NCBI GenBank assembly: GCA_047601445.1
Contig: JASGJH010000001.1
Coordinates: 7,104,001 to 7,168,000, forward strand
DNA length: 64,000 bases
Origin: Myxococcales bacterium
GTDB taxonomy: Bacteria; Myxococcota_A; Polyangia; Polyangiales; DASUME01
Reading direction: 5' to 3'
This document shows, piece by piece, positions 9,472-18,364 of this stretch (position 1 is the first letter of the stretch; each line of letters begins with the position of its first letter). Below the pieces are notes generated by a model. That model did not search any database, was not told where the DNA came from, and worked only from the letters and a program-made list of their open reading frames with translations. The position numbers and the translations under genes were made by a program.

Positions 9472-10398
9472 TTAGCGCCGCGTCTTCGCGCGGCGACGCC
9501 CGATGCGCATGGCCGCGACGCTGCCCAGCACCAGGAGGGCCGGTAGGCCGGCTCCGCCGTCGAGGCCTGCTGCCGACACGCTGCACATGTCCTTCGACTT
9601 CTTCTTGGTCTTCTGCGCACCGTCTTCAGCCGCGTCGCCAGTCTCGTCGGCCACGTCGTGCGCCGTATCGGTGACCGTATCGACGGCGGCGTGTACGTTG
9701 ATGTCGAAGTTGAACTTGGCCTTGAGATCAGCAGCACAGTCCTTCGCGTTCGCGGCATTCACGAACTGCCCGTCGCAGAAGATGGCGCCACCATCGTCTT
9801 CGCACTTGGTGTTGCAGGTGGTCACCAGCTCGGTCTCGCACTCCTGATAGGTTTGGGTCTGGCAGTCCTGCTGGCACTGCACGTTGGCCTGGGCCGTACA
9901 CGAGCCGCCGCAGGCCGTGGTGCACGATTCACCGCATTGCGCTGGCTCCATGACGTCGGGGGCGTCTTCGCACTTGCGCTCGCAGCGCGCTTCGCAGTTG
10001 TGCATGCAACAGCCCTGAACGCGCCCGGTCTCGTCGTCCGTACAGGACTTCTTGCAGTCGGCGTCGCAGAGCTCCTCGCAGCTCGGCGTGTCCATGGCTG
10101 CCTGCGCGTCGCAGTCGGTGGTGCAGCTTTGCGTGCAACCCGCTTCGCACTCGGTGCTGGCGCTGGCCGTGCACTGGTTCTCGCAGCTGGTGTAGATCTT
10201 CGCCACGCACGCGGTCACCACCTTCTCGGTGGTGCACTCGGTCTTGCATTCTTCCTTCTCGCGCCACTCACACTTCGCATCGCCGGTCAGGAAGATGTTG
10301 CCGCAGGCGGTCTCTTCTGCGCGAGCTACTTGAGGACCCGCGAGCCAGGTCAACGATCCGAGCGCAGGGACTACCAAGAACGTTCGAGCAATACGCAT
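9472..10398 (-). CDS. Cys-rich exported protein with MYXO-CTERM-type sorting signal
   Basis: Signal peptide, about 30 Cys with CxxxC periodicity, C-terminal 'CSVSAAG..ALLVLG..RRR'; GAGGAG RBS. Confidence 0.85.
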   Translation of the reverse strand: MRIARTFLVVPALGSLTWLAGPQVARAEETACGNIFLTGDAKCEWREKEECKTECTTEKVVTACVAKIYTSCENQCTASASTECEAGCTQSCTTDCDAQAAMDTPSCEELCDADCKKSCTDDETGRVQGCCMHNCEARCERKCEDAPDVMEPAQCGESCTTACGGSCTAQANVQCQQDCQTQTYQECETELVTTCNTKCEDDGGAIFCDGQFVNAANAKDCAADLKAKFNFDINVHAAVDTVTDTAHDVADETGDAAEDGAQKTKKKSKDMCSVSAAGLDGGAGLPALLVLGSVAAMRIGRRRAKTRR

Positions 10399-10446
10399 GA
10401 AGGCTCCTCGCGCGAGGTGTTAAAGGTCGCGCCTTCTCCCCCGCAC

Positions 10447-10462
10447 AGCACGTTACGTGCCC
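10447..10462 (-). promoter_or_regulatory. Putative sigma54 promoter
   Basis: Minus strand GGGCACGTAACGTGCT (GG-N10-GC), about 49 nt upstream of ATG 10398. Confidence 0.6.
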
Positions 10463-10571
10463 AGGCGGTAACGGCAGGAGTCACGCTCCAAAAATCCAGC
10501 CGACCTGCGTTTTTGCCGGGTTTTTCTGAACAGGACTGCCCCAGTCTGTGGCGTCGAACACTCGCGCAGTA

Positions 10572-10829
10572 CTAGCGGCCGACGAGCTTTCGCGAGTACT
10601 CCAGCATCGAAGGTTCGCTCTTCGCGAGACCCGGAATGGTCTCTCCGCGAAAAGGCGTCCAGTTCATGCCCCGGGCCTGCTCCTCGTTGTTGGCGATCAC
10701 GTTGGCCTCGCGCTGCGTGCAGCCGCCGTCGATCACGCAAATGGCCACGCGCTCCAGATAGGACGCTGGAACCCACCCAATTTCGTCATAGCTGCCTTCC
10801 CAGTTCTCGTCCGGCCCCCGCCTGCGCAT
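10572..10829 (-). CDS. Small hypothetical protein (85 aa)
   Basis: Protein-like composition; 'YLERVAICVIDGGCTQREA' motif; fills an intergenic gap. Confidence 0.45.
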   Translation of the reverse strand: MRRRGPDENWEGSYDEIGWVPASYLERVAICVIDGGCTQREANVIANNEEQARGMNWTPFRGETIPGLAKSEPSMLEYSRKLVGR

Positions 10830-11001
10830 CGCACGGATCTGGATCGCCCGCGCTCGCCAGCAACGCGGGCTGTGCGCGCAATCACGAGCCCGAGTTGACA
10901 GCACCCGCATGCAGCAAGCGCAGGCAATTCATGACTTCACGTGGACCGGCCCAAGCCCGAGTCGCACGTAGATCGCACATCGAAGCCGGCTGCGATCGCG
11001 C

Positions 11002-12120
11002 TCAAGCTCCGCGATGCTGCAGCTTGCCTCGGATCCACTCGGCCGGCACGGGCCTGTGATGCGGCGCCATCGGGGGCCTGGGCGGCCTTTGCTTGGCGCG
11101 GCGGCGCTCGAGCACATCTTGCAGTACCACCTGAATCGCGGCCGCCGTGGGCAACGAAAGCAGCGCGCCGAAGATGCCCGCCAGCCCCGTGCCGATCAGC
11201 ATCACGATGATGATCAAGAGCGGGTTCATCTGAATGGTCTTGCGCTGCACCACCGGCTGCAGCAGGTGATTCTCGCACTGCTGGTAGAGCAGGAAGACGC
11301 CCAGCGCGATGAAGCCGGCCTTGGCGCCCACCGTGAGGAAGGTGGTGCCCACCACCAGCGTGCCACCCAGGATCGCTCCGATGAACGGCACCACGCCCAG
11401 CAAGATCATGGTGAAACCGAGCGGCAGGAAGTAAGGCACCCCCAGTACCGCCAGCGTGGTGCCCGCCACGAACCCACCGAGGCACGCGATCATCAAGGTG
11501 CCGATCACGTAGCGGCCCACCGCGAGCCGAATCTTCCCCGCCAACATCACGTAGCGCTCGCGCTCGCCTGGCGGGATCCACTCCAGCGCGGCGCCGAAGA
11601 GTGGGCGACCCGCCACCAGCATGAACACGGTGAGCACGACGGTGGTGATCATGCCGAACACGCCGCTGAAAACGCCCTGCACCATCTTGAGCAAGGGCGG
11701 GGCGGCGGCGCGGGCGTAGTTACTCCACTCCGAGCCGATGGGATCGAGCACGTGGAGCTTGGCGTTGGCCCACTTGAACGAGGGGTTCTCGCGGACCTGG
11801 TCGATGAGCCCGGGCGCGGACTCGATCAAGTTGTGTCCCTGGTGCACGAGCACAGGAACCACCGTGGAGAACAGCACCGCGATGAAGCCCACCAGCGTCA
11901 GGACGATGGCGCCGACGGCGATTCCGCGCTTGAAGCCGTGGCGCTCCAAAAAGAGCACGGCCGGATCCAGCGCCAGCGCGAACAACAGCGCGATCAGCAT
12001 CCAGGCCACGATTTCTCGGGTCTGATAGAGCGTGAACAGGATGCCGGCGATGGCGAGGATGTTGAGTCCTACGGTCCAGACCAACTTGCCGATGCCGTCT
12101 TGCTTCACGCGCACTGCCAC
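11002..12120 (-). CDS. AI-2E family transporter
   Basis: Multi-TM; 'VPFIGA', 'QQCENHLLQP', 'GIFGALLSLP'. Confidence 0.92.
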   Translation of the reverse strand: MAVRVKQDGIGKLVWTVGLNILAIAGILFTLYQTREIVAWMLIALLFALALDPAVLFLERHGFKRGIAVGAIVLTLVGFIAVLFSTVVPVLVHQGHNLIESAPGLIDQVRENPSFKWANAKLHVLDPIGSEWSNYARAAAPPLLKMVQGVFSGVFGMITTVVLTVFMLVAGRPLFGAALEWIPPGERERYVMLAGKIRLAVGRYVIGTLMIACLGGFVAGTTLAVLGVPYFLPLGFTMILLGVVPFIGAILGGTLVVGTTFLTVGAKAGFIALGVFLLYQQCENHLLQPVVQRKTIQMNPLLIIIVMLIGTGLAGIFGALLSLPTAAAIQVVLQDVLERRRAKQRPPRPPMAPHHRPVPAEWIRGKLQHRGA

Positions 12121-12174
12121 GGGCAGCAGGTAAGCGCAGCCCGCGGGCCTGAAAGTAAGCGACGCTCCGGGCCG

Positions 12175-14244
12175 CTACCCTACCGAGCGTTCCCGTTCGC
12201 GCTCTATGCCCACGGCCACCACGCAGTCACGCCCGCGGCCCTTGGCCAGGTACAGGCCTTCGTCCGCTTCGGCGATCAGCGCCTCGCAGGTGGTGGTTCC
12301 GTAGCCTGGATAGGCAGCCACGCCGAAGGACGCCGTGACGGCGCCCAGCGCGCGCCCCTGGACCTCCACGTACACGGAGGACAGCCCGCGCCGCAGCTTC
12401 TCGGCGCGCTCCAGGGCCGCGTCCGGCGTGAGCTCCGGCATGATCAGGGCGAACTCTTCTCCGCCGTAGCGACACACGATGTCTTCGCGCCGCACGCTGC
12501 TGGCCAGGTAGCGCGCCACCTGCCGCAGTACGTCGTCGCCGGCTGCGTGGCCGTGGGTGTCGTTGATGCGCTTGAAGAAGTCGATGTCCACCATGAGCAC
12601 GGAGAGCGGCGCGCCCTTGCGGGTGGCCCGCGAGAGCTCGCGCGAGAACATGTCGTCGAGGTAGCGGCGGTTGAAGAGCCCGGTCAGTGGGTCGCGCACG
12701 GCCTGGTTCTGCAGATGCTCGCGCAGTTTGAGATTCGTCAACGCCAGGCCGACCTGTTCGGTGAATGCATGCAGGAAGTGCCGCCGGTCGCCCTCTTCCA
12801 CGAGTCCGTTCAGCTGCAACAGCCCGAGCACCTCGCCCTGCGCCACGATCGGGATGCAGGTGCGGGGAGCGTCGGTTTCCAGTGTGTGCCGGCAGGCCGG
12901 TGATCCGTGCACGCCGCCGATGTAGCTGCGCAGCGTGCGCAGACCGCAGCAATCGCCTGGCGGAAAGCTATTGCGCGCCTGGGTCTCGCCCCATTGCCCC
13001 GCGTTCTCGATGCGACTTTGGACCGGATCGAACAGTCCGAGCTCCCCGCCCACGCCGAACAGGCGCCGGGCGAACTCGCCGATCACGCGGCAAGTCTCCT
13101 CGCGCCCCTGGGCAGCATGCAGCTGGGCGGCCAGCTCGGCCATCGCGACCAGGCCGGCGGTCTGGCTCTCGAGTCGCGCGATGATCTCGCCGCGCTCCGT
13201 GTTTTGCGCCGCCACCCGAGCTTCGTTCTGCTTGCGCTCGGTGATATCGCGGGAGATGGCGATGATGCCCGCCACCTCGCCCTCCGCGTTGCGGTAGGGC
13301 CCCTTGGTGGAGAGGAAGGTCCACTGGCGCTCGTCGTCGATGCGTACGTTCTGCTCGAACGTCTTCACCTGCGCGTTCCTCATGATCTCGCGGTCGGCTG
13401 CCATGATGCCGAGGCCGGTCTCATTGGGGATCAGCTCGCCGTCGGTGCGACCCAGGATCTCGGACTCGCGGCGGCGGAAGTTCTTGATCACCGCGGGGTT
13501 CACCAGCAAGTAGCGCCCGTCCATGTCCTTCACCGCGACCGCGTCGCTGGTGCCGTCGAGCACGCCCTTCACGATCGCATTGGAGCGCTGCAGGTCCGTC
13601 TGGGACTTGATGCGGTGTCGGTTCTCCACCACCAGGGAGAAGTAGAAGAAGGCGAGCAGGCCCATGCTCAAGAGACCCCCGTAGAGGATCAATCCCTGGG
13701 TCAGCTCGGCCCCAAGCGCGGCGCGTTGGTCGCGCTGATCGAGCAGCACCAGCTCTCGCTCGCGCAGCACGTCGAAGTTGGCGGTGATCAGCTTGCTCAG
13801 CTCGGTGCCGCGCAGCTGGCGCGTGCGCTGCTCGTTGCGCGTGGCGGAATCGAGGTACTCCCACTCCGGCAGTTCGATGCCGTCGAAGATGACGTCCACC
13901 CGTTGCTTCACCAGCGGGCGTAGCTTGGTGATCGCCTTCTGCTGGTCGCGGTTGTCACGTGTCAGGTTCTGAATCGTGTCGAGTCCCACGAAGGTCGCGC
14001 GGATCTGCTGGTTCATCCGGTCGAAGTCGGCGCGGTCGTGGGACAGCCGGAACGTGCGGCGCAGCGACTCCGCGGCGAGGATCGACGCTTGCGCGCGTTC
14101 GATGTGCTCGATCACGGTATGCGTGTGGTGCCGCCACTGCAGCGCGTCGCGGGTGCGTCGCAGACTGCCAAAGGTCACGGCCGCCACGGTGGCCAACGCG
14201 ATGAGTGCGGCTGGAAAGCCAAACCTACGGATGTTGCGGATCAT
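12175..14244 (-). CDS. Membrane diguanylate cyclase (CHASE3-PAS-GAF-GGDEF)
   Basis: 'DPLTGLFNRR', 'DIDFFKRINDTHGH', intact GGEEF with RxxD I-site; CHASE3-like sensor between two TMs. Confidence 0.92.
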   Translation of the reverse strand: MIRNIRRFGFPAALIALATVAAVTFGSLRRTRDALQWRHHTHTVIEHIERAQASILAAESLRRTFRLSHDRADFDRMNQQIRATFVGLDTIQNLTRDNRDQQKAITKLRPLVKQRVDVIFDGIELPEWEYLDSATRNEQRTRQLRGTELSKLITANFDVLRERELVLLDQRDQRAALGAELTQGLILYGGLLSMGLLAFFYFSLVVENRHRIKSQTDLQRSNAIVKGVLDGTSDAVAVKDMDGRYLLVNPAVIKNFRRRESEILGRTDGELIPNETGLGIMAADREIMRNAQVKTFEQNVRIDDERQWTFLSTKGPYRNAEGEVAGIIAISRDITERKQNEARVAAQNTERGEIIARLESQTAGLVAMAELAAQLHAAQGREETCRVIGEFARRLFGVGGELGLFDPVQSRIENAGQWGETQARNSFPPGDCCGLRTLRSYIGGVHGSPACRHTLETDAPRTCIPIVAQGEVLGLLQLNGLVEEGDRRHFLHAFTEQVGLALTNLKLREHLQNQAVRDPLTGLFNRRYLDDMFSRELSRATRKGAPLSVLMVDIDFFKRINDTHGHAAGDDVLRQVARYLASSVRREDIVCRYGGEEFALIMPELTPDAALERAEKLRRGLSSVYVEVQGRALGAVTASFGVAAYPGYGTTTCEALIAEADEGLYLAKGRGRDCVVAVGIERERERSVG

Positions 14245-14404
14245 CCCCAACACCAAGGGTAAGGCGCTTGCGTGCTGGCTGACTAGTGAAGGTTCGTCGA
14301 GCCATACCAGCTCGCACATGTAAGCGGATCGGCGGTCGTTCGAGTGTGCTGTCGTTGTGGCGGGATGCCCCCGAAAATTGAAAGCGGTCTCGCCGTTAGA
14401 GGCC

Positions 14405-15130
14405 CTAAATCTCCACCACCAGCCTGGGCTCGAAGTCAGCGTTCTCCTCGCGCCGGGCGTAGCCATAGGGATTGCACAGCACGCGCGTACTCTCGAACGT
14501 CATGTCCACGGACCCGTGCGTGTGTCCGTGACACCACAGGGCCGGGCGCCGCTGGCGCATCACGTGCTCCATGTCGCTCACGAAGAAGCAGTTGAGCGGG
14601 TGGTCCTGGTACTCCGGGACCACGCAGGCATAGCTCGGCAGGTGATGCGTGATCACCACATCGCCTGGGCCTACTTGCGTCTCGAGGAACTCGCGGGCGC
14701 GCGCGTGCTCGCGGTAGACCCAGCTCCGGTAGTCGGCGATCACGCGAAAGTCATTGAGGTACTGCGCCAAGCGCTGGGTGTCGTCCGTCTCGCGATACCA
14801 GAGCGGCGCACCGTGGAAGCGTCGGCCCTCGATCTCCACTGTCTCGCAGTCGAGGAAGGACACATTGCCCAGGCGTTCGCAGGCCTGGCGGGTGTGGGCC
14901 AGCACCGACTCACGATTCGAGGTGTAGAACTCGTGGTTGCCATGCACGTAGAGCACGCGGGGGTAGCGCTCGCTGAACTGCGTGAGCGCGGGCTCGATGC
15001 CTCCGGCCACCGCGATGTCACCGGCCAGGATCAGTACGTCGACGTCGGGCTCGTAGCAGACCTCGACCAGGCCGCGCCCTGCGTCTCGCTGGAACTCGAA
15101 GTGCAGGTCCGAAAGCAGCTGGATGCGCAC
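14405..15130 (-). CDS. Calcineurin-like metallophosphoesterase
   Basis: SDLH, LAGD, GNHE, THH, HGHTH motifs. Confidence 0.92.
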   Translation of the reverse strand: MRIQLLSDLHFEFQRDAGRGLVEVCYEPDVDVLILAGDIAVAGGIEPALTQFSERYPRVLYVHGNHEFYTSNRESVLAHTRQACERLGNVSFLDCETVEIEGRRFHGAPLWYRETDDTQRLAQYLNDFRVIADYRSWVYREHARAREFLETQVGPGDVVITHHLPSYACVVPEYQDHPLNCFFVSDMEHVMRQRRPALWCHGHTHGSVDMTFESTRVLCNPYGYARREENADFEPRLVVEI

Positions 15131-15231
15131 GACGCCACCTCGTGCCCAGCATGCCACAGTCGATGGACGCTGGCGCCCCGAGGCAAGCTGCTCGCCCGGG
15201 CCCTGACGATCCCCTAAGCTGCGCCTCCCAG

Positions 15232-15696
15232 ATGAGCAGCCCGCTGTATCTCCTCGCCACACTCGAGCAATTCGTCGGCAGCGAACTCGGTCTCACCGAC
15301 TTCATGACGATTTCGCAAGAGCGCATTCAGGCCTTCGCCGACTGCACGGAGGATCGGCAGTGGATCCACGTGGACGTCGAGCGAGCCACCCAGGAGGGGC
15401 CCTTCGGCGCGCCGATTGCCCACGGTTTGCTCACGCTCTCGCTGCTGCCGCACTTCACCTCGCAGGTGCAGGTGGTGCCGAGGGACGTGAAGGTGGTGCT
15501 CAACTACGGCTACGGCCGGGTGCGCTTCGTGTCGCCCGTACGCAGCGGGGCGCGCATCCGCGACCGCATCAAGCTCGGCTCGGTGGCGCGCAAGGAAGCT
15601 GGGCGCGTGCTGATCAGCGTGGAACACACGGTAGAAATCGAGCAGCAGGAGAAACCCGCCTTGGTGGCCGAGTCGCTCCTGATGCTGTTGCCCTAG
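15232..15696 (+). CDS. MaoC family dehydratase
   Basis: 'FADCTEDRQWIHVD..PFGAPIAHGLLTLSL', 'NYGYGRVRF'. Confidence 0.92.
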   Translation: MSSPLYLLATLEQFVGSELGLTDFMTISQERIQAFADCTEDRQWIHVDVERATQEGPFGAPIAHGLLTLSLLPHFTSQVQVVPRDVKVVLNYGYGRVRFVSPVRSGARIRDRIKLGSVARKEAGRVLISVEHTVEIEQQEKPALVAESLLMLLP

Positions 15697-15725
15697 GAGA
15701 CAGCTGACCTCGTCAGCCGTCTGCT

Positions 15726-15788
15726 CCCGTGCCCGTGCCCGGCTTTCTCTCTCTGGGGGGGCAGAGGAGAATCGGGCGCGGGCACGGG
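15726..15788. repeat. Inverted CGTGCC-hexamer repeat at convergent gene junction
   Basis: CCCGTGCCCGTGCCCG ... CGGGCGCGGGCACGGG. Confidence 0.6.
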
Positions 15789-15816
15789 CGCGCCGGCAAT
15801 GCCGGCTGGCAACGGG

Positions 15817-15847
15817 AGCAAGGAGCCGACTCTGTCGGCTCCTTGCT
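15817..15847. terminator. 14-bp perfect hairpin between convergent genes
   Basis: AGCAAGGAGCCGAC-TCT-GTCGGCTCCTTGCT, abutting the sigma factor stop codon. Confidence 0.6.
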
Positions 15848-16424
15848 AGTGCTGCAGCACTTGGACGCTCACACCGACGCCCTTGAGGTGCTGCTCGAGC
15901 TTGGTGCGTGCACGATGCAAGATCACGCGCAGGTGGCCACGGGTGATCTGCATGTGCTCGGCGGCCTCGTCACGGTCCCAGTCGTCCACGTCGCACAGCA
16001 TGATGGCGGTGCGCTCCTGCTCCCGCAGCTCCGAAAGCCCCGTGGTCACGTAGGACGCCGCCTCCCGAAGGTCGAGCTCGTCCAGCTGGTCGTGGTCTTC
16101 CATGACCGGCTCGCCGAACAAAGGTTCGACACGGCTCTGAGCGTGGTAACGGTCGAAGATGCGCCGCCGCAGGATACCCGTGAGCCAGGTCCGCAAGCTC
16201 GAGCGTCCCTCGAAGGTGTGCGCGCTCTTGAGGGCGCTCACCCACGTCTCCTGGACCGCGTCCTCGGCGTCCTCGAGCCGAAACAGCGCGCGCTGCGCGA
16301 ACGCCAGGAGGGCCGGCGTGTGCAGGGCGATGATCTCGGAGGTAATGAGGAGGCCGGGTACGGCTTGCGACCCCTCCAAGGCAGGGGCCAGGCTCGGGAT
16401 CTGCGGGTCGACTTGCATGGTCAT
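15846..16424 (-). CDS. ECF sigma-70 factor
   Basis: 'DAEDAVQETW..FEGRSSLRTWLTGILRRRIFD', 'LRVILHRAR'. Confidence 0.9.
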   Translation of the reverse strand: MTMQVDPQIPSLAPALEGSQAVPGLLITSEIIALHTPALLAFAQRALFRLEDAEDAVQETWVSALKSAHTFEGRSSLRTWLTGILRRRIFDRYHAQSRVEPLFGEPVMEDHDQLDELDLREAASYVTTGLSELREQERTAIMLCDVDDWDRDEAAEHMQITRGHLRVILHRARTKLEQHLKGVGVSVQVLQH

Positions 16425-16602
16425 GGGGAGCCACCTAAATCCGCTCGATTGATTTGCTTAGCTTCTAAGATAATATTCTTTATACGTCAACATTGCGTTG
16501 AGAGTATGGTCCGTTCGTGAAATAGTGTTGAGCGCGGATGTTTCCCAAATTGTCTCGTGAATTTGACTGGTTAGTACGGAGGCTGTGGTGTCGGAACGAC
16601 GT

Positions 16603-17712
16603 ATGACCGAGGAGGAGCTCGCGACCCAGATCAAGGTTGGCGAGAACGTCGGGCGCGAAATGGCGACCCGATCTCTTCAGTTTCAGGAGGCCATTGCCGC
16701 CCGCCTGGGAATCACCCTGAGCGACCACCGGTGTCTCGAGCTGGTCGACCGTTTCTCCCAGGAGGGGCCCGTCACGGCCGGCAAGCTCTCGGAGCTCACG
16801 GGCCTCACCACCGGCGCCATCACCGGCGTCGTCGATCGCTTGGAGCGCGCAGGCTACGTGCGCCGCGAGAAGGGCGCCGAAGACCGCCGGCAAGTGAACA
16901 TCAAGCAAGTGCCGGAGCGCGCGGAGGCCATCGACGAGCTGTTCCAGCCGCTACATGAGTCTTTCAAGGAGCTGTGCGCCGAGCACTCGGTGAAGGAGCT
17001 CGAGATCGTGTGGGCCTTCATGCGGCGTAGCGCCGAGATGTATCGCCAGGGCACGGAGTTGCTACGCGGCCAGGAGGGCCTGGGCGACGCCGCACCGCAG
17101 GGCTTCGAAGAACTCTCGGCCGCGCTAGGGTTGACCCGCGAAGGGCGCTTCGAGCTCACTCGCGGGGCGTCGAACTTCACGCTCGGCGCCATGCGCAACA
17201 CCTTGCTCTATCGGGCCCGCTTCGAGGGCCCCGCGCCGCGCGTGCGCGCCGAGAGCGGTCAGGTGTTCCTGGAGTACAACCACTCGGCGCTGCGCATGTT
17301 CAGCCTGCGCAAGCACACGCTGCAGGTGGACCTCAACGACAAGATCCCCTGGGAGATGGTGTTTCGTGGCGGCGCCAGCAAGGTGGTCGCGAACATGCAG
17401 GAGCTGCGTCTCAAGAGCTTCGAGCTGCGCGGTGGCGCGAGCCAGGTGACCCTCCAGCTGCCCACGCCCTCGGGCACCGTGCCGGTGCGCATCACGGGCG
17501 GCTCGAGTCAGCTCAAGTTGCTCCGCCCCAAGAACACACCCATGAAGGTCCTGGTCTCGGGCGGCGTCAGCAACCTCAGCATCGACAAGCTCGAGCTCGG
17601 GGCCGTGGGAGGCACCACGCGCTGGGAATCGCCTGACTACGATGCCGCAAGCGATCGCTACGAGGTGCAGATCACCGGCGGCGCGAGCCATCTCTCGCTG
17701 CTGCAGGAGTGA
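16603..17712 (+). CDS. MarR family regulator fused to C-terminal beta-repeat domain
   Basis: MarR 'TAGKLSELTGLTTGAITGVVDRLERAGYV..DRR'; C-terminal recurring 'xxGGAS' repeats. Confidence 0.85.
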   Translation: MTEEELATQIKVGENVGREMATRSLQFQEAIAARLGITLSDHRCLELVDRFSQEGPVTAGKLSELTGLTTGAITGVVDRLERAGYVRREKGAEDRRQVNIKQVPERAEAIDELFQPLHESFKELCAEHSVKELEIVWAFMRRSAEMYRQGTELLRGQEGLGDAAPQGFEELSAALGLTREGRFELTRGASNFTLGAMRNTLLYRARFEGPAPRVRAESGQVFLEYNHSALRMFSLRKHTLQVDLNDKIPWEMVFRGGASKVVANMQELRLKSFELRGGASQVTLQLPTPSGTVPVRITGGSSQLKLLRPKNTPMKVLVSGGVSNLSIDKLELGAVGGTTRWESPDYDAASDRYEVQITGGASHLSLLQE

Positions 17713-18215
17713 ACGTGGTCAACAAAGCTCGGCTCAAGACCTACGCCCTGCAGGGCCTCTTGTTCATCGGGCTGCTCTACGCGGTGCACCTGTACAAGAC
17801 CCGCAACCACACGGGCGAAACCGCTCCGATGGTGCTGGGCCACCTGCTCGACGGCGGCTCGGCGCAGCTCGGCGGACAGCACGAGGGGCCCGTGCTCCTG
17901 CATTTCTGGGCCACTTGGTGCGGGGTGTGCTCCCTGGAGGAAGGCTCCATCGAAGCGCTGTCACGCGACGTCCGCGTGATCTCCGTGGCCTCACGCTCGG
18001 GCTCCGACCAGGACGTTCGCAAGCACATGCGGTCGCGTGGTCTCACCTTTCCGGTGATCAATGATCCGAGCGGTGCCATCGCTCGCGCCTACGGCGTGCG
18101 GGAGTACCCGAGCAGCTTCTTCGTGACCCGCCAGGGAAGCGTGGCCACGAGCGAGGTTGGCTACACCACGAGCTTGGGGCTGCGCCTGCGGCTCTGGTAC
18201 GCCGGCTTCTGGTGA
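17709..18215 (+). CDS. Membrane-anchored thioredoxin-like redoxin (TlpA/ScsD-like)
   Basis: 'FWATWCGVC', N-terminal TM; GTGA overlap with the MarR gene. Confidence 0.88.
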   Translation: MNVVNKARLKTYALQGLLFIGLLYAVHLYKTRNHTGETAPMVLGHLLDGGSAQLGGQHEGPVLLHFWATWCGVCSLEEGSIEALSRDVRVISVASRSGSDQDVRKHMRSRGLTFPVINDPSGAIARAYGVREYPSSFFVTRQGSVATSEVGYTTSLGLRLRLWYAGFW

Positions 18216-18364
18216 CGCGCAGCGCGTGACCCGTGCGTGAGGGGCGTGCGCTCTGCCGCGCCTGCGCGTCGGGTCCAGGCGGATTTTCTCTTGAGCTTCG
18301 AGGACACCGGGACCGGGGAGCAGCGCCTGGCTCAACGGTGCCGGCTCGGGCTAATCTCGCGGCC

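Noticed and set aside
11014..12903. Long plus-strand ORF (629 aa) and many similar antisense ORFs
   Set aside because: Shadow ORFs opposite well-supported genes, expected from GC-rich codon bias
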